From the NCBI GenBank assembly GCA_021814355.1, contig JAKAIJ010000002.1:1-38496 (forward strand): a DNA stretch of 38,496 bases, in the 5' to 3' direction. How positions within the stretch are numbered: the stretch's first letter is position 1; each line of letters begins with the position of its first letter. This DNA is from Acidobacteriota bacterium (GTDB lineage: Bacteria > Acidobacteriota > UBA4820 > DSQY01). A model generated the notes under the pieces. That model worked only from the letters and a program-made list of their open reading frames with translations. It was not told the origin of the DNA and ran no database searches. Of the stretch, positions 1 to 9,040 are shown piece after piece. The translations under genes were made by a program, and so were the position numbers.

Positions 1-193
1 GCGCCAGCCAGCCGTCGAGCAGGTCGGTGACGGAGGCCACGAGGAAGATCCCGACGGCCAGGACCTCGCGGTTGAAGAAGAACCACCGCTCGAACTTGAA
101 CTCCGTAAGCAGCACCACCACGATGATCGGGATCAGGAAGATCCGGAAGACCGTGATCAGGTTGGGGAGGTTGACCGCCCGCGGGCTCCGCAT
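1..193 (-). CDS. pgsA: CDP-alcohol phosphatidyltransferase, PgsA-like (N-terminal part; gene continues beyond the window start)
   Basis: Not in the ORF track because there is no stop in the window. The reverse complement has ATG at 191-193, then MRSPRAVNLPNLITVFRIFLIPIIVVVLLTEF...VASVTDLLDGWLA. This is a hydrophobic N-terminus plus the start of the D-G-x2-A-R CDP-alcohol transferase motif. It lies 8 nt downstream of the regulator stop on the same strand. Confidence 0.7.
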   Translation of the reverse strand, partial: MRSPRAVNLPNLITVFRIFLIPIIVVVLLTEFKFERWFFFNREVLAVGIFLVASVTDLLDGWLA

Positions 194-201
194 CCCTCGC
201 G

Positions 202-1757
<1,556 letters not shown>

Positions 1758-1761
<4 letters not shown>

Positions 1762-2795
1762 GCGGGCGCCTGGCAGGCTGTTGAAAATCCCTTATGGGTC
1801 GCGTTGCCCAGCGCCGCGGGCGCAAGTGCAAGGCGGCGCGACGCCGGCGATGTCTTCAGCGCATCGTCTAGGAGCGCCAACGCAGCAGATACGCCCGCGC
1901 CGCGGCAACCCTTCGGGCGCGAGGGATTGAGGGCCGTCTGCTTTGTTCCGGCTCGTCGCCAGGGGGTATCCACCCTGCCTTCCTCGCCGCGCCTCGCATC
2001 CGGCCCCCAAGCACCTCGCGCGCGGCCCACAAGGGGTTTCTCAACCGCCTGCTTGAGCTGCTCCAGGCGGCTCTTGACGCGGGCGGCGAGGGGGTCGTCG
2101 TCGCCCACCTTGCCCTTCCACGCGGCCTCGGCGGCGGTGTAGGCCTCCTTGGCCTTGGCGTCGTTGCCGGCGCGGTCGTAGTATTCGCCGAGGAGGAGCT
2201 GGGCCGCGCCCTCGGGCAGCAGGCCGCTCTTCGCCCCCGCGAGCTTCTTCCAGCTCTCCTCGGCCTTCTCGGGCCGCCTCTTCGCCTCGTAGAGCCGGGC
2301 CTGGAGCATCAGGGCCAGGGGGCCGGCGACCGGGTCCGCCGTCACGGGGGCAACTTGGGCGAGAGCCTCGTCGAGCTTGCCGGCGCGGGCGCTGGCCATG
2401 GCCCGGTAGAGGGCCACCTGCGGGGCCGCGGCCCCCGCGTCCTTGGCGGCCTCGTCGAGCCGCTTGGAGACCTCCTGGGCGCGGGCGGCCTCGCTGTCGT
2501 AGAAAACCCCGCCCTGGCGCTTGAAGCTTTCCCGGGAGGGGTCGTCCTTCGCGAGCACCGGGGCGTCGAAGGCCTCCGCCACCCGCGAGAGGCGGAACGA
2601 GGCCTCGTCGCGGCGCGCCTGGACCCGGTCGAGAAGGTACTTACCCCCCACGAACGCCGCGAGGCAGAGGACCAAGCCGGCGAGGTAAAGCCTCCAGTGG
2701 CGCTCCACCCCCCCTTCCACGTCCCGGTAGGCCGTGGAGAGTAGGTCGCGGAAGGCGTCGTGGCGCATGTCCTGTTTGGTGAGCCTCTTGGTCAT
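1758..2795 (-). CDS. membrane-anchored TPR-like protein (YfgM-like topology); the last ~97 codons are read through repeat copy B
   Basis: 345-aa ORF with a short cytoplasmic N-terminus, one TM helix (WRLYLAGLVLCLAAFVGGKYLL) and an Ala/Lys/Glu-rich helical repeat region. The C-terminal tail from about KQAVEKPL onward is low-complexity Arg/Ala/Gly sequence encoded by element B (1773-2052). Its stop overlaps the regulator ATG (ATGA at 1758-1761). Confidence 0.55.
1773..2052 (-). repeat. hairpin-closed non-coding element, copy B (280 nt; sense orientation inferred as minus)
   Basis: Arms 1773-1793 and 2031-2052 are inverted repeats homologous to the arms at 22175-22196 and 22710-22730. The interior aligns block by block, as reverse complement, with 22200-22227 plus 22500-22697. 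Example: ...gctcctagacgatg.gc.gaagacatcgccggcgtcgcgccgccttgca... Confidence 0.7.
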
Positions 2796-2822
2796 TGGTC
2801 GGACTCCTCGGAGCGGTGCGGT

Positions 2823-2899
2823 TGGTGTGCCTGGCGGGAGTTGAACCCACGACCCCCTGCTTAGGAGGCAGGTGCTCTATCCAACTGAGCTACAGGCAC
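2823..2899 (-). tRNA. tRNA-Arg (anticodon CCT), CCA end encoded
   Basis: The reverse complement reads GTGCCTGTAGCTCAGTTGGATAGAGCACCTGCCTCCTAAGCAGGGGGTCGTGGGTTCAACTCCCGCCAGGCACACCA. Acceptor stem is GTGCCTG/CAGGCAC. Anticodon stem CCTGC/GCAGG has loop CTCCTAA. T-arm is GGGTTCAACTCCC. Confidence 0.93.
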
Positions 2900-2919
2900 A
2901 GCGGGGGCCACAGGCCCAG

Positions 2920-3201
2920 TCAGTACTCTATCGTAAAGCCCCGCGCACTTTCAAGGTTCGAAGGAGGGTGGAGAGGTTCCAGTTGGTCCACCCGGGCGTG
3001 GGCGGGGCCCTCGGCCAGGGCCGCCGCCAGGAGGTTCACCGCCTCCGCGGCTCCGGCCGCCGCCACCTCCACCGCGCCGTCGGGGAGGTTGCGGACCCAC
3101 CCGCGCAGCCCCAGGGCGAGCGCCCGGCGCTGGACGAAGTACCGGAAACCGACCCCCTGGACGCGCCCGGAGACCCTCCAGGACCGGACCACCACGCTCA
3201 C
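2920..3201 (-). CDS. acyP: acylphosphatase
   Basis: 93-aa ORF with a GTG start. Carries the hallmark V-x-G-x-V-Q-G-V-x-F-R motif (RVSGRVQGVGFRYFV) and a later GWVRNLPDGAVEV segment. Confidence 0.9.
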   Translation of the reverse strand: MSVVVRSWRVSGRVQGVGFRYFVQRRALALGLRGWVRNLPDGAVEVAAAGAAEAVNLLAAALAEGPAHARVDQLEPLHPPSNLESARGFTIEY

Positions 3202-3314
3202 CGTGCCATTCTAGCACCGGGAAGGGTTCAAAAACCTCCGTATGTGACGGCAATCACTTGCGAAATGCGTCCTATGACGGTACATTGGCCCCAGATGGAT
3301 GGGAGGGTGTCGCC

Positions 3315-6300
3315 ATGAGGAGGACCCTTCAACTCGGTTTGGTGTGCCTGCTCCTGGTGGCCGCGGCGGTCGCCGCCTGGCCGCAGATCCCCGGCGAAGG
3401 GTGGGAGCGGATCGGTCTCCTGGGCGGCAACATCACCGCCGTGGCGGTGAGCCCCGACTACGACGCCGACAAGACCCTCTACGCGGGGATCGCCGGCAGC
3501 GGCCTCTGGCGCAGCACCGACCGGGGAACCACCTGGACCCACCTCTCCAGCGTCCCCAACAACGGCACGGTGGCGGCCATCGCCTTCCGGAAAGACTACT
3601 CCTTCGGGAGGACCATCCCCATGTGGGTGGGAACCCGGGAGGGGACCGTCTACACCTCCCTCACCGACTTCGCCACCCTCCGGTACAGCGTCCCCCTCAA
3701 GGACCGGCTCGGCAACGCGGTCCCCGTGACCGGCATGACGGTGCCGGTGGCCGGGAACTACCTCGGCTGGGTGTTCGCGGGAACCTCCGGGGGCGGCATC
3801 TTCCGGAGCCTGGACGAGGGGGGAACCTTCGGCGCCGCGGGGACCACGACGGACACCGACGACTGCCGGGCCCTCGCCTCGGGGCCCACGGGGCAGGTGC
3901 TCGCCGCCTGCGCGAGCGGCAAGGGGATCGTCTACGCCTTCAGCGGCGAGTGGGTTCCCTCGGGGCCGAGCCCGCTGGTGGGGGCGGTGCCCACCGCCCT
4001 CCACATCTCCATGGACAACGGGAACGCCGTCTGGCTCGGCACGCGGGACTTCGGGTTGTGGCGCTCCACCACCGCGGCCTCCAGCTGGTCCGCCGCCTGC
4101 GACGGGGTCACCCTGGCCCAAACGGCGTTCCAGGTGGGCGCCGTGGCCGCCTGCCCGCGCTTCGCCGCCGACGGCGAGGTCTGGGAGGGGCGCTCCGACG
4201 GGCTGCGGATCTCCACGGACGGGGCCGCCACGTGCGGCTGGGACAACCTATTCGCCAGCGTCACCGGCATCGCCTTCGCCCCCAAGTACCACGGGGGCGG
4301 CCTTTGCGACGCGTTCGTGGCGACCACCACCGGCCTCTTCCTCAAGTCCTGCAACCCCGCGCCCCCCGCGGTCACGGCCACCCCGCCCGCGGTCTCGGTA
4401 CCGGCGGTGGCCGTCCAGCAGACCGCCCTGCCCGGGATCTGGGCCGGCTCCAGCTCGGGGCTTCTGCGGATGAAGACCAAGGACGTCCCGCCCCTTTTCC
4501 TTCAGTACAATGCCTGGGGGGCGTTCAACAACGGGATCCCCGACCTAGTCGCGGTCTGCCTCGCCCCCGCCTACCGGGAGGGCGGCGTCTGCGGCACCGA
4601 CCAGCAGACCCTCGTGGTGGCGGACCGGTCGCTGGGGGTCTTCCGGTCCCAGGACGGCGGGAACACCTGGGCCAAGCTCGACCTCAACGGCGCCGGCCAG
4701 TCCACCTGGCCCGCCAACGCCGTCGCGAACGACCTGGCCATCTCCCCGAAGTACGCGACGGGGAGCGCCGACGAGACCCTCTTCGCCGCCACCTCCCTCG
4801 GGCTCCTGCGCTGGGACGGCCCCACGACGGGGTGGGTCCAACCCGCCAAGGATTTTCCCTACAACACGACCCACGTGGCGGTGCCGCTGACCTACGACCG
4901 CGCGGGGGCGGCGCGGTTCCCCTTCCACACGGTCTACTTCAGCACCGACAACGCCACGAGCCGGGGACTCTACTTCTCCGACAACGACGGGGTTACCGTG
5001 GTCCGGTTCACGGGCCTCACGTTCGCGGACATCACGGCGATCTCGGCTTCCCCGGGCCACGGCGTCACCGACGAGCTGCTCTTCGTCTCCACCGGCGTCC
5101 GCGGGACCTACTTCGCGAGCAAGCACCTCGCCGCGACGGCCTGGTGCAACTTCCGGACGGGTCTGAGCCCCTACGTGCGGGACATGGAGGTCGCCCCCGC
5201 CCTCATGGCCGGAGGCATCCGCCTCGTGGCGGCCACGCTGTCGGGCCCCTTCTATGGCGATTTCGACCCCGCGAACCAGTCCGACGGCTGCGCCACGGCG
5301 AAATACAGCTGGAAGCAGGCCGCCTTCGCCCCCGCCTCGGGCTGCCTCGACACCCTGTCGGTGGGGTTCGCCTACCAGGGGGACGGGACGGTGGTGGCGG
5401 TGGGGACCTCGGAGGACGGGGTCCACGTGTCGGTGAACGGCGGGCAGGCCTTTGACGGAGGAACGGGGTACAACTCGCTTCCCGACGACGTCTACAACGT
5501 CCTGCCCCACATGCGGGACGAAAAGATCCTCTTCGCCAGCTCGCCGAGCTACGGCGTCTTCGTCAGCAAGAACAAGGGAGCCTCCTTCCGCCCCTGGAAC
5601 CGCGGCGCGGGCGGCGCGGGCAACCCCTGCGACGTGGAGGAGGCGTTCGGCCTCGGGATGATGACCGACCGCGCCGGCCCAAGCTGGCCCGGCTGGGACG
5701 TCATCTGGGCGGGGACGCGGAGCGAGGGCATCAAGTACCGCTGGACCGTCTACGACACGACCGCGGGGACCATTGACCTCAGGACCCAAAACGGCTGGTA
5801 CGGCACCAACGTGACCACGGGGCGCTTTGAGCGCTTCGACACGCTCGGGACCGGTCAGCAGAAGCCCGCCTGGTCCACCAGCCCGACCCTGGGGATGTAC
5901 CGGTGCGACCCCACCGTCTGGGCCAACTGGTACGCCAACAACACGGGGCTGGGGGCGACGAACGCGAAGTCCATCCGCTTCGGATACAACGGCCCCGACC
6001 CCGTCCCCGCGCCCAACGGCCAGCCCGTAGCGGGGAAGGTCGGGCCGGGCCTGTGGAACTACTACACGGTTGACGTGCCGGCGGGGAGCGGGAGCCTCCT
6101 GTGCAACCTCGCCGACCTGAGCGCCGCCGCGGGGGACGACCCCGACCTCTACCTCAAGTACGCCGGTCCGCCCACCACCGTCAGCTACGACGCCGTGTCG
6201 GCCACCACGGGCGACGAGCGCATTTGCTCCAAGGGGCTCCCGTTCACCCTGCTCAACGAGAATTTCGAGGGCACGTGGGGGCCGTACGGCGACGTGCCGC

Positions 6301-8948
6301 CGGCGGGGTGGACCATCCTCGACTACGGCGACGAGGCGGTTAAGGCCTGGAACCTGAACGACTGGCACAAGTTCGCCAAGGGCGGCATCTACGGCAACGT
6401 GGCGCGGGTCTATTACACGCCGCTCGAGAACCAGAACGAGTGGCTGATGACCCCGACCTTCAACATTCCTGCCACGGCCACCTCGGTGGACCTGGAGTTC
6501 GACCACTACTTCCGCGAGTACACGGGAAGCACCGTCGTCCAGTACGGCCGCGTCTACTACCACTCCGCCCAGCGGGGTTGGACGCTCCTTGCGAGCTACA
6601 GCGCCGACACGGCCAACATGGCCCACGCCACTCTCTCGCTGCTCCCGTACCGGGGCGAGACCAGCGCCCAGATCCTCTTCCAGTACGTGGGGTACAACGG
6701 CTGGTACTGGGAGCTCGACAACGTGAAGGTCTCCGGACTGGATCTCCGGGCGGGGACCTGGTGGATCGGCGTGCGCGGCAACGGCGCCGGCACCAACCCC
6801 TACGAGCTCACCGTCACCCTCAACGGCTGTCCCCTCGGCGTCGCGGCCCCGGCGGCGGCCCGGAGTGGCGCGGGGGGCAAGACCTGGACCCCCGGCGCGT
6901 ACATCCTCCCGGGACCGCTGGCGCCCGCGGCGGGCACCGTCTGGGGCACCGTCAGCAACACCGGCGCGGGCGGCGTCATGCGCGGGACCGACACGGCGGC
7001 CCTCTCGGGCTCCCCGGGAGTGGACGCGGCGGTCTCCCCGGAGGGCCTTCCCGAGCCGCCGGCCGCCCTGGCCGGCCCCGCGCCGGACGCGGTCACCTGG
7101 GAGGCGCGCAACGGCACCGGCGCCGGCGCGCTCACCAACCTCAACAGCCAATGCGTGATCCAGCTCCCCGACCTGACGCTCGTCGCCGGGTGCAACGGCG
7201 GGGTCTTCTACTCACCGGCGCCCGACGAGGGCCGGACCACCTGGGTGGAGTCCACCGCCAACATCGCGGGGGCGTGCAGCAACAACTTCACCGACCTGCT
7301 CCGCTGCTCCAACGGCGACGTCCTGATCGGGGCGAACGGGACCGCCAACGGCGGCGTCTGGCTCTCGGGGGACGAGGGGCGCCACTGGATGCGGCTCACC
7401 ACCGGTTTCGACCCCACCAAGCGCCACCTCCAGGACCTCGTGAACGACAACCCCGCCACCGGCACCGTCCAGTACTACGCGGGGACGGACACGACGGGCC
7501 TCTACACGCGCACCATCACCGCCCCGGCCTACCCCACGGTCACGGGGCTCTCGGCCACCTCCGGGCCCACCACGGGCGGCGGGACGATCACCGTCACGGG
7601 AACCGGATTCTCCAACGCCTGTCCCACGGGGAGCGCGGCCGACTGTCCCAACGCCGGGCCGGTGGTCCTCTTCGACGACGTGGAGGCGGCAAGCACGGCC
7701 TACGTCAGCTCCACCACGCTCACCTGCGTGGTCCCCGCCCATCCCGAGGGGCCCGCGGTGGTGACGGTGCGCAACCCCGACACCCGGCGCGGCGGCTCCC
7801 GGAGCTACACCTACACCTGCACCGCGCCCTCGGGCCTGACCAACAACACCGCGGCCGACGTGAGTTGCGCCGACACGGGCGTGCTGGTGACCTGGGCCAG
7901 GGACGCGGGGAACTGGGCCGACGGAGGGGGCGGCAGCCGGACCTACGACGTGCTGCGGGGCGCCGTCACCGTGGCCTCGAGCCTGGCCTACGGGACGACG
8001 ACCTTCACCGACCTCGGCGGGATCAACGGGACGACCTACACGTACACGGTCCTCTACCGCAACGGGTGCGGCCTCACGGCCACGACCGCCGGCGCCAGCG
8101 CCGCGGACGACGTGGCGCCCGGCGCGCCGGTCATCACGACCATCGCGGACGCCAATGCCTGCGCCCAGAGCGGGGTACAAGTGAACTACACGGCGGGCGG
8201 CGGCGCTACGCGCCACGACCTCTACCGCGACGGTGTTCTCGCCGTGACCAACTACGCCACGGGCGCCACCTACAACCCCGGCGACACGGCGAGCCACACG
8301 TACGTGGTCCGGGCCCTCAGCGGCGCCTGCGGCACCAACTCCGCGGGCAGCGCCTTCGCGGATGCCAACGGGACGCCCGGCGCGCCGGCCATCACCGCCG
8401 TCACCGACAACAACGCCTACGCCCAGGACGGGGTGCGGGTCGCCTTCACCGCGGGCTCCGGCACCACCAAGCACGTCCTGCTGAGGGACGGCGTGGCGGT
8501 GGCGGACCCCTACGTCTCCGGGGCGCTCTACAACCCGGGAGACACGCTCTCCCACACGTACGTGGTCCGGGGTTACAACGGCACCTGCTTCACGGATTCG
8601 ACGGGCGTGGCGGGGACGGACGTGTTCCTAGCGCCGCTGGAGGTTCCCGGGAGCAGCCTGCTCTGGAGCGCCGGGACCAAGACGACCCTGACCTGGTCCG
8701 CGGCGACCGGCGCCACGGGCTACCGGGTCTACCGGGGCGACAAGGCCGAGCTGGCCAACCTGCCGACCGGAGCCAAGGTGTGCAAGGGCTACGACGGCGC
8801 CGCCACCACATCGGGGGCGGTGTTGACCGCGACCCCGCCGTCCGGGAGCTTCTACTGGTATCTGGCGGTGGCCTACAACGGCGCCGGGGAGGGCCCGGCG
8901 GGCGCGGGCTGCGTGCTCAGTTCCACCGGCGCCTGCGCCGCGCCGTGA
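3315..8948 (+). CDS. giant secreted multidomain protein, paralog 1 (BNR/Asp-box propeller regions, split PPC domain with nested MAM/adhesin-like insert, IPT/TIG-like, FN3-like modules)
   Basis: Frame of ORF 3258..8948. Start moved to ATG 3315 (GGGAGGG at 3301-3307). Signal peptide MRRTLQLGLVCLLLVAAAVAAW. Asp-box-like motifs STDRGTTW, SQDGGNTW, SGDEGRHW. PPC-like YYTVDVPAGSG...DPDLYLKY and GTWWIGVRG. IPT-like GGGTITVTGTGFS. Tandem 86-aa FN3-like modules at 8118-8633. Confidence 0.85.
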   Translation: MRRTLQLGLVCLLLVAAAVAAWPQIPGEGWERIGLLGGNITAVAVSPDYDADKTLYAGIAGSGLWRSTDRGTTWTHLSSVPNNGTVAAIAFRKDYSFGRTIPMWVGTREGTVYTSLTDFATLRYSVPLKDRLGNAVPVTGMTVPVAGNYLGWVFAGTSGGGIFRSLDEGGTFGAAGTTTDTDDCRALASGPTGQVLAACASGKGIVYAFSGEWVPSGPSPLVGAVPTALHISMDNGNAVWLGTRDFGLWRSTTAASSWSAACDGVTLAQTAFQVGAVAACPRFAADGEVWEGRSDGLRISTDGAATCGWDNLFASVTGIAFAPKYHGGGLCDAFVATTTGLFLKSCNPAPPAVTATPPAVSVPAVAVQQTALPGIWAGSSSGLLRMKTKDVPPLFLQYNAWGAFNNGIPDLVAVCLAPAYREGGVCGTDQQTLVVADRSLGVFRSQDGGNTWAKLDLNGAGQSTWPANAVANDLAISPKYATGSADETLFAATSLGLLRWDGPTTGWVQPAKDFPYNTTHVAVPLTYDRAGAARFPFHTVYFSTDNATSRGLYFSDNDGVTVVRFTGLTFADITAISASPGHGVTDELLFVSTGVRGTYFASKHLAATAWCNFRTGLSPYVRDMEVAPALMAGGIRLVAATLSGPFYGDFDPANQSDGCATAKYSWKQAAFAPASGCLDTLSVGFAYQGDGTVVAVGTSEDGVHVSVNGGQAFDGGTGYNSLPDDVYNVLPHMRDEKILFASSPSYGVFVSKNKGASFRPWNRGAGGAGNPCDVEEAFGLGMMTDRAGPSWPGWDVIWAGTRSEGIKYRWTVYDTTAGTIDLRTQNGWYGTNVTTGRFERFDTLGTGQQKPAWSTSPTLGMYRCDPTVWANWYANNTGLGATNAKSIRFGYNGPDPVPAPNGQPVAGKVGPGLWNYYTVDVPAGSGSLLCNLADLSAAAGDDPDLYLKYAGPPTTVSYDAVSATTGDERICSKGLPFTLLNENFEGTWGPYGDVPPAGWTILDYGDEAVKAWNLNDWHKFAKGGIYGNVARVYYTPLENQNEWLMTPTFNIPATATSVDLEFDHYFREYTGSTVVQYGRVYYHSAQRGWTLLASYSADTANMAHATLSLLPYRGETSAQILFQYVGYNGWYWELDNVKVSGLDLRAGTWWIGVRGNGAGTNPYELTVTLNGCPLGVAAPAAARSGAGGKTWTPGAYILPGPLAPAAGTVWGTVSNTGAGGVMRGTDTAALSGSPGVDAAVSPEGLPEPPAALAGPAPDAVTWEARNGTGAGALTNLNSQCVIQLPDLTLVAGCNGGVFYSPAPDEGRTTWVESTANIAGACSNNFTDLLRCSNGDVLIGANGTANGGVWLSGDEGRHWMRLTTGFDPTKRHLQDLVNDNPATGTVQYYAGTDTTGLYTRTITAPAYPTVTGLSATSGPTTGGGTITVTGTGFSNACPTGSAADCPNAGPVVLFDDVEAASTAYVSSTTLTCVVPAHPEGPAVVTVRNPDTRRGGSRSYTYTCTAPSGLTNNTAADVSCADTGVLVTWARDAGNWADGGGGSRTYDVLRGAVTVASSLAYGTTTFTDLGGINGTTYTYTVLYRNGCGLTATTAGASAADDVAPGAPVITTIADANACAQSGVQVNYTAGGGATRHDLYRDGVLAVTNYATGATYNPGDTASHTYVVRALSGACGTNSAGSAFADANGTPGAPAITAVTDNNAYAQDGVRVAFTAGSGTTKHVLLRDGVAVADPYVSGALYNPGDTLSHTYVVRGYNGTCFTDSTGVAGTDVFLAPLEVPGSSLLWSAGTKTTLTWSAATGATGYRVYRGDKAELANLPTGAKVCKGYDGAATTSGAVLTATPPSGSFYWYLAVAYNGAGEGPAGAGCVLSSTGACAAP

Positions 8949-8986
8949 GGGACTGTCCCGCGGCGGAACCGGTCCGCGTGAACCAT

Positions 8987-9023
8987 CGCCCGTCCGCCGC
9001 CGGTGGCCGGCGGCGGACGGGCG
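8987..9023 (+). terminator. GC-rich perfect 17-bp stem-loop between the two giant paralogs (attenuator or terminator candidate, no U-tract)
   Basis: cgcccgtccgccgccgg (8987-9003), loop tgg, ccggcggcggacgggcg (9007-9023). It starts 39 nt after the stop of paralog 1 and ends 18 nt before the ATG of paralog 2. Confidence 0.3.
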
Positions 9024-9040
9024 ACTCGTGGGAGCTGAAG

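Noticed and set aside
3249-3261. Sigma-54-like promoter GGCAatcacTTGC upstream of giant paralog 1. This was attractive because a sigma-54 activator is encoded 1.5 kb away.
   Set aside because: The GG-to-GC spacing is one nucleotide shorter than the strict TGGCAC-N5-TTGC geometry, and the -24 element lacks the TGGCAC context. No correctly spaced sigma-54 promoter was found in any intergenic region of the window.
8118-8633. Two tandem 258-nt repeats in paralog 1, considered as a possible diversity-generating retroelement template/variable pair.
   Set aside because: They are simply adjacent FN3-like modules of about 86 aa each. The differences are spread over all base types rather than being adenine-specific, and no reverse transcriptase is nearby.
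6440-9040. Upstream 867 codons of the 2415-aa track ORF 6440..13687.
   Set aside because: This stretch is an out-of-frame read-through of paralog 1 and the intergenic hairpin. The translation is Arg/Gly/Pro-rich with no domain signal. The real gene starts at ATG 9041 with a signal peptide and a ribosome-binding site.
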